DNA of 53,624 nt from Parcubacteria group bacterium GW2011_GWA2_42_14 (GCA_000998135.1 LCCV01000006.1:1-53624), one strand, 5' to 3'; numbered from the stretch's first letter, positions 9,863-18,650 are shown. Notes: a model not told the origin generated them from the letters alone. A program made the numbers and translations.

Positions 9863-10093
9863 TTATATCCCAACACGCATCAGTGGCTCATGAATAAGCG
9901 AAATGGCCTCGCAGATATTTTTTAGGGCCTCGTCAAGCGTTTTTCCCTGACTGTAACACCTTTCAAAAAGCGGGCATTCCACCACATAAAAACCATCCTC
10001 GTCTTTTTCCACAAAAAGCGGCAGCTGCAAATTATTTAATTTTCCGCCTGAGGCGGATCCGCCTTTGGCGGAAGATTTTGCCTGTATTGTCAT
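9863..10093 (-). CDS. HicB-like antitoxin domain protein (orphan)
   Basis: VEKDEDGFYVVECP...CYSQGKTLDEALKNICEAI is the HicB N-terminal pattern; N-terminal AKGGSASGG comes from a DNA palindrome. Confidence 0.8.
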   Translation of the reverse strand: MTIQAKSSAKGGSASGGKLNNLQLPLFVEKDEDGFYVVECPLFERCYSQGKTLDEALKNICEAISLIHEPLMRVGI

Positions 10094-10249
10094 AACGATT
10101 CTATATTACCTAAAAAATCCCATAAAATCAAATCCTAATGTTGGTATGTTATTTGTTTGCCTTGAAACGGGCCGAAAGGGCTCGCCCTGAGATTGCCGAG
10201 GGGTTGCCGTTTCCGGATAATTTCTTTACTTTCGATTACGAAATTATAT

Positions 10250-10367
10250 ATCAGCGTAGATTCAGCGTACTCATCAGCGTTTTATCAGCGTTAACAACCT
10301 TTTCACGCCGATTTTTCGCTGATTATTACGCTGATACCTCGCTGAAATTGTATTTTGCAATTCAGGA
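10250..10367. repeat. TCAGCG/CGCTGA periodic inverted repeat
   Basis: Four TCAGCG units followed by CGC(T/C)GA units; right arm shared with 4572-4621. Confidence 0.8.
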
Positions 10368-10452
10368 TTCTTTAACATTCGCAGGCACGTGTAAAATTTA
10401 CGAAAAATCAAAAAAGGTACCTGACACCAATTTTTGACACCAATTTCCTTTT

Positions 10453-10884
10453 TTAACGTTTAGTAAAGAAAGCAAAGAAAAGCAATAATAACGCTATCCA
10501 CGTCAAAGATGTTAGTAAAATATCCCAAAGAGGCATACTTCGACTTTTTGATTTTATTGCTTTCCGAATTAAGTCTTTTGGTACTGGATATGCCACGCCG
10601 AGTTCTTTGGGAAGAATACGTACTTCCCAGTATAAATCAGGTATACGACTTATCATTATAAGAATGATGCTAATTAAAAATAAAACTCCCCACCAATAAT
10701 ATATGTAAAAACAAATTCCTATTGTAGCCAAAATGGATGTGAATGTAACTAAATGATTACCAGAAACCAAGGGTTTTTCAAAAAAGCCTCTTCCCACCAT
10801 ACCAACAAGGTTAGTTCCTAAATAAGTAATAATAAACCAAGTAATTACTGCCTTGAGTATTGAAATAAAAATAAAGGATATCAT
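10453..10884 (-). CDS. Hypothetical multi-pass membrane protein
   Basis: 143 aa with about four hydrophobic segments; AT-rich. Confidence 0.7.
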   Translation of the reverse strand: MISFIFISILKAVITWFIITYLGTNLVGMVGRGFFEKPLVSGNHLVTFTSILATIGICFYIYYWWGVLFLISIILIMISRIPDLYWEVRILPKELGVAYPVPKDLIRKAIKSKSRSMPLWDILLTSLTWIALLLLFFAFFTKR

Positions 10885-10934
10885 AGTTTTATATCAAATT
10901 TACGACCTGTGGCCATGAGACGATGTTGGAGCTT

Positions 10935-11504
10935 TTATAGTCCGAGTAACTTATGAATTGTGGCGGGGTCTAATCCGAAATCCGCCCCTATCCTTAAGGC
11001 CTTAGATAAAATATCGGTCGCGCTCTTAATGGTTGGCAACGCCGACTTTAACTTTTCGAGAAAACTCCTCTCTTTTGTGCCTTCGGCATATTTTGGAATT
11101 TCAGATATGATCTTTTCCTGCAATTCAAGCGCGAAATTTAAAAATTGGGACTGATTCTGCGATTGATTTTGGATGAAGGTATTTCCGTCGTTTTTTGTTG
11201 GCGTATCTAAACCGTATAATCCCTTTAGCCGACCAATAATAGAATTCAACTTGGCCTTAGCCGGAATTGGTTTTACTATATTTCCGCGGTCGTTAATATG
11301 CTCTGGCCTGATTCTATATGTAGCGACATCTTCAATTTCAGGACAAACAATAGGAACACGTTCGATAATAAGATTAGCATGAGCGCTAAAACCATTATCA
11401 TCGAACCAAGAATTTTTGCTCTCGATAGCAACCAGAAGGCCCTTTAGTTCTTCATATACACCTAGAATTGCTTTTTTATTTTTTTCGTCATCATTCATAC
11501 ACAT
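10935..11504 (-). CDS. Hypothetical protein
   Basis: 189-aa ORF; NQSQNQSQ linker and helical C-terminus; no family recognised. Confidence 0.7.
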   Translation of the reverse strand: MCMNDDEKNKKAILGVYEELKGLLVAIESKNSWFDDNGFSAHANLIIERVPIVCPEIEDVATYRIRPEHINDRGNIVKPIPAKAKLNSIIGRLKGLYGLDTPTKNDGNTFIQNQSQNQSQFLNFALELQEKIISEIPKYAEGTKERSFLEKLKSALPTIKSATDILSKALRIGADFGLDPATIHKLLGL

Positions 11505-11611
11505 TTATAATAGATTCAGTAACCGACCTCTTCGGGTGTCGAACCCATCTCAAGATGGCTAAAGAAAAAGGTGTCAGACAGCTTTTTGACACCTTTTTCA
11601 TGCAAAATGTT

Positions 11612-12085
11612 TCAATCCATTTTTAGTTCAACTTCAAGGGGTATATTTGCTACCTGAGTAAATTCTTTTTCATCTTGGTCTTTAATATTCACTAAAATTT
11701 CATACTCACCATTTATTGTAATAGGCAAAGAGTTAAACCTATTTCTATACCTCATATTTTTTATTTCCTTTCTAAAATCAACCCTTTTGAGAAATTTTCC
11801 AATTTCTACTTTTTGAGGATCGATAATTACAACTTCTATATCAACGGAGATTGCCTTATCAGTATTTTTCTTAATTCTGGTAACCAATTCAAAATTAACA
11901 GGAACAACCAATTTTCCAATCTTTTTTTGTTTTTCAATTTCGGTAATTTGGTTTTTTGGTGGTGTAAAAGTAAGTTTTTCAACCAAATTGAAAAGACTTA
12001 AATTATTACTTTCTTGATCCAATACAGAATAAAGACAAAGTACTGACCATATGTGTCTGTATGTTTTATTTTCAACTTTTGCCAT
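11612..12085 (-). CDS. DUF6941-like beta-sandwich protein, third gene of the TA operon
   Basis: WSVLC..SVLDQESNNLSLFNLVE start and DP..., GEYEILV...IPLEV pattern; 8 bp after the antitoxin stop. Confidence 0.65.
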   Translation of the reverse strand: MAKVENKTYRHIWSVLCLYSVLDQESNNLSLFNLVEKLTFTPPKNQITEIEKQKKIGKLVVPVNFELVTRIKKNTDKAISVDIEVVIIDPQKVEIGKFLKRVDFRKEIKNMRYRNRFNSLPITINGEYEILVNIKDQDEKEFTQVANIPLEVELKMD

Positions 12086-12093
12086 ATAAATTA

Positions 12094-12531
12094 TTATTTT
12101 TTTATCGCTTTTAATTTTAAAATGCTATGTCCATTGATTAAATCATCTACTGTCAAATTACTGTAGCGTTTTGTATACGCCACCCCCGTCCCAACCACAC
12201 TTTCAGTAACTGTTGATTCTGGTAAAACGTTTTGTGTGACCGTGTCTGCTTTATCCATAAACCCAAATTTGATAATTAAATATGTGCCAAGCGCTTTTGC
12301 AATTTTATCCAAAAAACCTACATTTGGAAGAAATTTTCCGCTTTCAAGCCGGGCGATACTCGGTTGTTGAGTTTTAATTAATTTTGCCAGATCCTTTTGA
12401 CTAAATCCGCCATGTATTCTTGCGGCGGTTATTAGATTACTTACTTCCACATGAACATCGTGATCTAAATAAATCTTTTTAAAGGACGGCCTTTTTGCTA
12501 TTATTTTTTGTATGATTGAATCTAATGACAT
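12094..12531 (-). CDS. XRE/HigA-type HTH antitoxin with ~50-aa C-terminal extension
   Basis: ARIHGGFSQKDLAKLIKTQQPSIARLESG...LDKIAKALG; directly downstream of the RelE-like gene. Confidence 0.85.
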   Translation of the reverse strand: MSLDSIIQKIIAKRPSFKKIYLDHDVHVEVSNLITAARIHGGFSQKDLAKLIKTQQPSIARLESGKFLPNVGFLDKIAKALGTYLIIKFGFMDKADTVTQNVLPESTVTESVVGTGVAYTKRYSNLTVDDLINGHSILKLKAIKK

Positions 12532-12568
12532 ATTTTTTTATTTTTTAATTATTAAAAATCCAATTTTG

Positions 12569-12946
12569 CTATCTTTGAAATCTTTTGTCCCAATCATCAG
12601 CTCGTTCACGAGCCTTTCCAATATATTTTAAAACCCTTCCATTACTTCCACTCCCCTTAAACATTTCTAGAATTATTATTTTATTACCTCGAACAATACA
12701 GACTGCCCGATACTGCGGAGAGCGTTTAAACTTCAATTCAAATAATTCTATATCCGTTCCCTCTATAACATCTAGGAAATCACTCCTGTTTTTAAGTTGT
12801 GAGATACGATATTCTTGAAAATTTATTAGTTTTTTCGCAATAAAATCGATGTCTTTGTCTGGAAGCGTGAGAAGAAAATCACCAAAAGGCGAGTTTCCTT
12901 GCTCGTCTTCGTAAGGCTCTATAAGCAGTTTTTCGTCGGTTTGCAT
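12569..12946 (-). CDS. RelE/ParE-superfamily (HigB/Gp49-like) toxin
   Basis: YEDEQGNSPFGDFLLTL, LFELKF, YRAVC, IIILEMFK, KARER pattern; toxin-first gene order. Confidence 0.75.
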   Translation of the reverse strand: MQTDEKLLIEPYEDEQGNSPFGDFLLTLPDKDIDFIAKKLINFQEYRISQLKNRSDFLDVIEGTDIELFELKFKRSPQYRAVCIVRGNKIIILEMFKGSGSNGRVLKYIGKARERADDWDKRFQR

Positions 12947-12977
12947 ACACTATTTGGTTTGTTTTTTGAAGCATAGT

Positions 12978-13005
12978 TAATATATAACAAATTTGTTATA
13001 TATTA
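12978..13005. promoter_or_regulatory. Perfect 28-bp palindromic operator overlapping the TA promoter
   Basis: TAATATATAACAAATTTGTTATATATTA is its own reverse complement; minus-strand TTGCTA at 13009-13004. Confidence 0.8.
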
Positions 13006-13102
13006 GCAAGCAGGTATGGAATGTACAAGGGGCATTGTGTATAAGTGGTTCATTTGTTATAAACCAGAATTCAATACCTGGCAGCGTTTTTTTTGCAATA
13101 AT

Positions 13103-13420
13103 CTAAAATTTTTCCTCGTAATGATTGTCTTTGACGTATCCCTGTTCATCCTCATCTTCGGTATCTGCATAATGATAATCCAACAAGGCATTTATTAACT
13201 TTCCCGTTCTGTTCGCCCTAATTTGTAGAATATGCAAAGCGTCACTAGTTGCAATACTTCCCAACTCATCGTTTATATTCTTCAATTTGGCAGTTTCATG
13301 GGCGTAACGAAATATCTCCTTCCAAAGTCTGTTAATTTGGGCTTTGTGTCCATAAACAAAAAAATGTAACAAACCCCAAGTAATAACTACTATTAAAATA
13401 ATTAGTAACGAAATACTCAT
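13103..13420 (-). CDS. Hypothetical protein with N-terminal TM helix
   Basis: 105 aa; hydrophobic N-terminus and acidic C-terminus. Confidence 0.65.
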   Translation of the reverse strand: MSISLLIILIVVITWGLLHFFVYGHKAQINRLWKEIFRYAHETAKLKNINDELGSIATSDALHILQIRANRTGKLINALLDYHYADTEDEDEQGYVKDNHYEEKF

Positions 13421-13617
13421 TTATTTTTTATTTAACATTAGTTAACCCAAAAATCTTGGATTCAAACTAACTTTTTTTATTCTCCCCCAAAACGAGGCGG
13501 TGCGGTCGAGGGCAATATGATTTAAAACAAATCAGAAAATAGCACCTGCCAATATTCCCTAAAAGCCCGCTTTTACCAGTATTTTTAGCCAATTTGTGGA
13601 TAAACTGTGGAAAGGCC

Positions 13618-13646
13618 TTGACTTTTAAGTAGGAAGGGTATAAACT
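13618..13646 (+). promoter_or_regulatory. Antisense sigma70 promoter facing the NYN gene 3' end
   Basis: TTGACT(13618-23)-17 bp-TAAACT(13641-46); no + strand gene downstream. Confidence 0.6.
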
Positions 13647-13651
13647 TTAAG

Positions 13652-13710
13652 CATCATCAGGAAAAGGCACTGCTTTGGGTTTCGTCCCCTAGTGGTGCCT
13701 TTTCATTTTC
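13652..13710 (+). ncRNA. Putative ~55-nt hairpin sRNA antisense to the NYN gene 3' end
   Basis: GAAAAGGCAC/GTGCCTTTTC stem extended by G-U pairs only on the + strand; U-rich tail; promoter immediately upstream. Confidence 0.45.
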
Positions 13711-14229
13711 AGTTTTCACTATAAAAACATCTTCATTGGTTTTTAATATCTTCTCCCCCACTTCTTCCAAAAATTGTATCTTGTCTTGAGCGGCCTTTTT
13801 TAAAAGTGCCGAACACTTATCTTTATTAGGGCTTATAACGGCAGAAAGTTTCGACTTTTTTCTTAAGTATCTAACAACGGTGTCAAAGTCGCCATCACTA
13901 GTAATAAGTACTGCTCCATCATATTCCTTATAGTAACGCATTACACTAAATGCAAGATCAGCGTCTATATCGCCCTTGGGCTTCATTCCGTTCCTTGCCG
14001 GTAATACCGGTTTAAACTTCAAAAGATATCCTTGTTCTTGTAGTTCTGCGTATAAATCCTGATTTTCCGGTATATATCCTATAAAAAGATATGCCTTCTC
14101 AACATTATACTTTTCCTTCAAATATATACGAAGCTTCTTGTAGTCTAAATCTAGACCAGCTGCTCTTGTCCCCAAGTATAAATTTTGGCCATCAATAAAA
14201 GCATAATTTTTCTTTAACTTGTTCGGCAT
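13657..14229 (-). CDS. NYN domain (LabA/DUF88, PIN-like) RNase
   Basis: AFIDGQNL, KGDIDADL, LITSDGDF acidic motifs. Confidence 0.92.
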   Translation of the reverse strand: MPNKLKKNYAFIDGQNLYLGTRAAGLDLDYKKLRIYLKEKYNVEKAYLFIGYIPENQDLYAELQEQGYLLKFKPVLPARNGMKPKGDIDADLAFSVMRYYKEYDGAVLITSDGDFDTVVRYLRKKSKLSAVISPNKDKCSALLKKAAQDKIQFLEEVGEKILKTNEDVFIVKTENEKAPLGDETQSSAFS

Positions 14230-14508
14230 AATTAAATTTCCAAAAAGGCTTTTTATAATTCAGTTTCTTTCCCTCAGTGCGAGCCCGCCGTAATTTTCCA
14301 TTTCTATTCCACCAAGCGAAACGGTGCAGTCGAAAATAATATAATTTTGAAACAAATCAAAAATCGCAACTCCTTTCACCTTTTTAAGCAGTCCTGATTT
14401 TATTAAGAAAACCATCTCGCAGGCCGAGCGGGGTCGCAAAGCGACGGGTTGTCCGGGGGACAACCCCGGGCTTTTGCGAAAAGCAAAAGTGATTCCAAGA
14501 AAACTATT

Positions 14509-14548
14509 GAAGTCGGACTTCCATAGTGCGCTATTGAAGTCCGACTTC
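14509..14548. repeat. REP-like inverted pair of 13-mers
   Basis: GAAGTCGGACTTC(14509-21) / GAAGTCCGACTTC(14536-48), each preceded by CTATT. Confidence 0.75.
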
Positions 14549-14551
14549 ACG

Positions 14552-14797
14552 CTAATACACCCGCTCTTTCATTTTTCCCAGCTTCACCAATCTTTCCCTT
14601 TCTTTTCTCGCCTTAAGCCGCCGCAGAGCGCCTACTTTCCTTGCGCGCTTATTCAACGGGCGTTTATATGACTTCATTTTTCGCGCCTGAAGCAAAACTC
14701 CCGACTGCTGGATAATGCGGGTAAAACGGCGAAGCATCGCCGAAGATGTTTCTTTGTCTTTTTTGATTACGTAAACCAAATTAGTGACATGTAACAT
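14552..14797 (-). CDS. rpsU: 30S ribosomal protein bS21
   Basis: VIKKDKETSSAMLRRFTRIIQQSGVLLQARK...; basic; hisS-HIT-rpsU-yqeY context; true start may lie a few codons downstream. Confidence 0.8.
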   Translation of the reverse strand: MLHVTNLVYVIKKDKETSSAMLRRFTRIIQQSGVLLQARKMKSYKRPLNKRARKVGALRRLKARKERERLVKLGKMKERVY

Positions 14798-14856
14798 GCG
14801 ACATGAAACATGTTAACCAAAAACTTGTCTCTTGTCTCTTGTCACTTGTCTCTTCT

Positions 14857-15204
14857 TTATACACGAAATTTATCCTGGTCTTTCTCCTTTCCCCATCCAC
14901 CAAGCAAATGCAGATGCAGATGGTCCACAACTTGACCTCCTTCCCTGCCCACATTAAAAACCAGCTTATAACCGGCCAGATCCTCATCTTGGGCAACTCT
15001 TTTGGCTACATAAATCAATTTAGAAATAATTTCATTGTGATTCGCTTCCAAATGGGCAATTGACTGAATGTGCGCTTTGGGCACAACCAAATGATGAATC
15101 GGCGCTTTGGGATGAATATCTTTGAATACTACAACATCGCTGTCCTCATAGACAATGTCCGAGGGTATTTCTTTTTTGATGATTTTGCAAAAAATGCAGT
15201 CCAC
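14857..15204 (-). CDS. HIT (histidine triad) family protein
   Basis: DCIFCKI, DIHPKAPIH, GQVVDHLHLHLLGG; GTG start 15204. Confidence 0.95.
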   Translation of the reverse strand: MDCIFCKIIKKEIPSDIVYEDSDVVVFKDIHPKAPIHHLVVPKAHIQSIAHLEANHNEIISKLIYVAKRVAQDEDLAGYKLVFNVGREGGQVVDHLHLHLLGGWGKEKDQDKFRV

Positions 15205-15278
15205 GTTTGAGAGACATGGGGTAAGAGACATGAGACAAGGACGACGTTTCCATGTCGCATGTCACATGTCACTTGTCG

Positions 15279-16709
15279 CTATTTCTTTAGCTTCTTTTTA
15301 AGTATCTCAATCATTTTACTCTGCGGTATCACTTCCTGAATTCCGGAGGACATCTCACGGATTATTATTGTTTCATCAATCGCTTCTTTTTGGCCCAATA
15401 TCAAAGAAATGTCCGAGCCGGATTTATCCGCAAGTTTCAATTGCGATTTTACGGAATCGCGCCCCAGGGATTCGCCGACCGCAATTCCGTTCTTTCTTAA
15501 TTCTTCAAAAATCTTAAAACTTTTCTTCTTGCCCATGTCGCCGAGCTGGACAAAATATACCCGCTGTTTTGGTTCTCCCGGCACTTTTAACCCCAATGAC
15601 TTCATAAGCGCCACCAATCTTTCCATTCCCAAAGCGCCGCCTACCGCCGGTTCAGCGCGCCCGCCCAAAAGCGAAATAAGATTATCATATCTGCCGCCCG
15701 AACCCAAAGCAATACCCTTAAGAGCTTTCGGCTTTTCTTCTATTTTCACTTCCGCAATTACTTCCCCTTCAACTATCGGTTTTTCCGCTTCCTCGATTTT
15801 TTCCGGAACTTTTTCCAAAACGGCCCCCTTCTCTTTTTCACTTTCTAATTCGCCGGCCCAGTCCGAATCGGTAAAAATCTCAAAAACCGTTCTGGTGTAA
15901 TAATCTAATCCGCGAACCAAATACGGATTAAGAATATAAGGAATTCCGGCTTCATCCAAAAATTCAAGCAAAGACGTAAAATGTTTTTTGCAGGCCTCGC
16001 ATAAACTATCAAGCAATTGAGGAGCGTTCTTCTTAAAAATCCGGCATTTTTCTTCTTTGCAATCAAGAATGCGCAAAGGATTTTGTTTTAAACGCCTTTT
16101 GCAGTCCCGACAAAGGCCTTTGGCTTTGGGGCGATAGTATTGCAATAATTGTGAACGATATTGAGGTCGGCAATCACTGCAACCGACGCTATTTACGTGA
16201 AAATAAAATTCCGGAATGCCTAATTCGCGCAAAAATACCGAAAAAACATGGATAATTTCCGCGTCCACCACCGCGTTTTCATCTCCAATTATTTCAAGCC
16301 CGATTTGATTTAATTCGCGGAACCTAAGCCGCTGGGGAGATTCATGCCTGAAAAAAGAGCCAATGTAATAAAACTTTACCGGATGGGGCTCGGCTACAAA
16401 ACCATTTTGGAGATAAGCCCGGACAACGGAAGCGGTTCCTTCGGGCCGAAGCGTTAAGTCGTCCCCGCCTTCGGTTTGAAAAGAATACATCTGTTTTTCA
16501 ACAATATCCGTTTGGGTTCCCACGGCCTGCACAAAAAGCCCGGTTTCTTCAAAATGCGGGGTATCAATGCGTAAAAAATTATAATAGGAAAAAACATTCT
16601 TGGAAACACTGCGGATACGCTCCCAGTATTTCTGGTCTTGAGGAAGAATATCATGCGTTCCTTTCGGAGAGGAAAACGATTTTGGTTTTATTTTTCTATG
16701 ACGTCCCAA
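15279..16709 (-). CDS. hisS: Histidine--tRNA ligase
   Basis: PKGTHD, LRPEGTA, FRHESPQ, LVRGLDYYTRTVFE, GGRYD, GMERL; acidic insertion. Confidence 0.97.
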   Translation of the reverse strand: MGRHRKIKPKSFSSPKGTHDILPQDQKYWERIRSVSKNVFSYYNFLRIDTPHFEETGLFVQAVGTQTDIVEKQMYSFQTEGGDDLTLRPEGTASVVRAYLQNGFVAEPHPVKFYYIGSFFRHESPQRLRFRELNQIGLEIIGDENAVVDAEIIHVFSVFLRELGIPEFYFHVNSVGCSDCRPQYRSQLLQYYRPKAKGLCRDCKRRLKQNPLRILDCKEEKCRIFKKNAPQLLDSLCEACKKHFTSLLEFLDEAGIPYILNPYLVRGLDYYTRTVFEIFTDSDWAGELESEKEKGAVLEKVPEKIEEAEKPIVEGEVIAEVKIEEKPKALKGIALGSGGRYDNLISLLGGRAEPAVGGALGMERLVALMKSLGLKVPGEPKQRVYFVQLGDMGKKKSFKIFEELRKNGIAVGESLGRDSVKSQLKLADKSGSDISLILGQKEAIDETIIIREMSSGIQEVIPQSKMIEILKKKLKK

Positions 16710-16777
16710 AATTAACTAACAACTAACAACCTACAACCCACAACTTTTGTTGTTGGTTATTGGTTGTATGTTGTAGG

Positions 16778-17374
16778 TTAGTAAACTGGTTCTGGAATCA
16801 ATCCGAATTTACTCGGTGGCCATGCCCTGAAAAAAGCCCTGCCCGTAATAAATTTTTTATCAAGCGGCCCCCAACTTCTTGAATCAGAACTATTGCGCCG
16901 GTTATCCCCCAAAACCAGATATTGAACTTTATCCAAAACATATTCTTTTTCGGGAAATGTTTTCAGGTCCGAAGGCAAATAATCCTCTTGAAGAAAAAAT
17001 GGCTCATTGGCTTCACTACCGCTCTTTATCAAAATTTGCCCGTTTTTAATAACAATCGTTTCTCCGGGCATTCCGATAATCCTTTTTATAAAAAATTCTT
17101 TGGGATTATTGGGATAGCGAAAAACAACCACCTCTCCTCTTTGGGGCTCGCGGAACTGATAAGTTAGCTCATCAATTACCAAATATTCCCTATCTTCAAA
17201 GGATGGCTCCATTGACTGCCCCTTAACAATAAACGGCTGGGCTATAAAATAGCGTATGGGCAGGGCGATTACCAGAGCCAGAAGAATTACCTTGCCAAAC
17301 TCCCAAATCTCCCGCCAGGCCGTTGTCTTTTCTTTGGGCTTTTCCTCGCTTAAAACTTTGTTTTCTTCAGCCAT
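16778..17374 (-). CDS. lepB: Signal peptidase I
   Basis: GQSMEP (Ser), FIKRIIGMPGE (Lys), LGDNRRNSSDSRSWG. Confidence 0.96.
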   Translation of the reverse strand: MAEENKVLSEEKPKEKTTAWREIWEFGKVILLALVIALPIRYFIAQPFIVKGQSMEPSFEDREYLVIDELTYQFREPQRGEVVVFRYPNNPKEFFIKRIIGMPGETIVIKNGQILIKSGSEANEPFFLQEDYLPSDLKTFPEKEYVLDKVQYLVLGDNRRNSSDSRSWGPLDKKFITGRAFFRAWPPSKFGLIPEPVY

Positions 17375-17501
17375 AAAGATGAGTATATACCATAAAAAAC
17401 ACTTTTGCAAATCATAAAAATCTATTATACTTAACTTACAACCTGCAACCAAAAACCTACAACGCGCGTTGTCGGTTATCGGTTGCTAGTTGTTGGTTAA
17501 A

Positions 17502-18089
17502 ATGTATCTTTTCATCGGCCTCGGCAATCCCGGGCCAAAATTTGAAAATACCCGCCACAACATAGGGCGGGAGACACTAATGAAATGGCAGGTAAACCTC
17601 AAACTTGCCCCTTTTGAATTTGATAAAAAATGGAATGCCCTTGTTTCCAAAAATAAAAAAGCGATTTTATTATTACCCGAAACGTTTATGAATAATTCCG
17701 GGAAAGCAATTGCTCCGTCAATAAGTTTTTTCAAAATCAGGCCAAAAAATATTATCGCGCTTCATGATGATTCTGATATAGAATTCGGACGAACCAAGCT
17801 TTCCTTCGCCAAACATTCTGCCGGACATAAAGGAGTTGAATCAACCAAACGCGCCATCGGCACTTTGGATTTTTGGCGGCTCCGCATCGGCATTCAACCG
17901 CCCCTTCGGGCGAGTCTCACCAAAGGCGGAAAAAAGAAAAGAGTTGACGCCATGAAACTCGTTTTGCAAAAATTCAAACCGGACGAGGAAAAAACCCTTA
18001 AAAAGGTTATCAAAAAAATTCTGGAAGGACTTGAAATAATTATTGCGGACGGTCCGGAACAGGCGATGAATTTCTTAAATCAAAATTAA
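17502..18089 (+). CDS. pth: Peptidyl-tRNA hydrolase
   Basis: GLGNPG, TRHNIG, PETFMNNSG, HDD, GHKG, RLRIGI. Confidence 0.96.
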   Translation: MYLFIGLGNPGPKFENTRHNIGRETLMKWQVNLKLAPFEFDKKWNALVSKNKKAILLLPETFMNNSGKAIAPSISFFKIRPKNIIALHDDSDIEFGRTKLSFAKHSAGHKGVESTKRAIGTLDFWRLRIGIQPPLRASLTKGGKKKRVDAMKLVLQKFKPDEEKTLKKVIKKILEGLEIIIADGPEQAMNFLNQN

Positions 18090-18101
18090 AAACCCGCGCT
18101 C

Positions 18102-18650
18102 TTATCGAGCGCGGTTTTCTTTTTGGTATTCTAGCATCTGCCGGAAAAGGTCTGCCTGCTCAAGCGCATCATCAAGCGCGTTATGCGTATGAGGAAAATC
18201 AGTTCTGAAAATCAAGTTACTTTTACTTGATTCCTGCCACATTTTTCCGGTTAATCCCATATAATAAGCTTTGGCGCAAAGCACAGCGTTTTCAAAAGGA
18301 TTATGCCCAAGAAAAGTTGCAAAATACCAATCAACGAACATGTGGTCAAAGGGAGCAAAGAAAGCCACAAAAACCGGTTTTTTACCTCCTGAAACCCGCT
18401 TAACCCATACTGCGAATTTTCTCATTGCTTTTTCCGGCGGAGTGCCGAATTGTTTCAAATGTTCCATATCAAGCCCGCAAACAGCAAGAGATTCCGGCTC
18501 ATAATTATCATTTAACGGCTTTAACTCAACATAAAATCTTTGGGAAGTATCATAAACAGGGCACGCGCCGATTGAAAGCATGTTGTAATATCCGGGCCGA
18601 TTCCTGCCGGAACATTCAACATCAACAGAAATATAAATTTCTTCCTGCAT
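18102..18650 (-). CDS. DEDDh 3'-5' exonuclease
   Basis: SVDVECSG, APFD, HTHNALDDA; own TTGACA-17-TAGAAT promoter at 18719-18691. Confidence 0.9.
   Translation of the reverse strand: MQEEIYISVDVECSGRNRPGYYNMLSIGACPVYDTSQRFYVELKPLNDNYEPESLAVCGLDMEHLKQFGTPPEKAMRKFAVWVKRVSGGKKPVFVAFFAPFDHMFVDWYFATFLGHNPFENAVLCAKAYYMGLTGKMWQESSKSNLIFRTDFPHTHNALDDALEQADLFRQMLEYQKENRAR

Noticed and set aside
10250-10345. TCAGCG repeats and heptamer arrays as CRISPR
   Set aside because: Units too short, no unique spacers, no cas genes
10138-10437. 99-aa + strand ORF
   Set aside because: Made of palindromic repeats and opposite to the local gene orientation
11520-11562. Possible tRNA fragment (GGTTCGA-like motif)
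   Set aside because: No cloverleaf or acceptor stem
13594-13612. DnaA box (TGTGGATAA; another at ~2860) as oriC
   Set aside because: Isolated boxes, no cluster, no dnaA/dnaN nearby
13652-13705. Hammerhead-like words (GACGAAAC, CTGATGA) on the minus strand
   Set aside because: Stems I-III cannot be formed in the required order
14260-14550. 96-aa ORF with a KSDFNS repeat
   Set aside because: Arises from the REP-like palindrome pair and hairpins; probably non-coding
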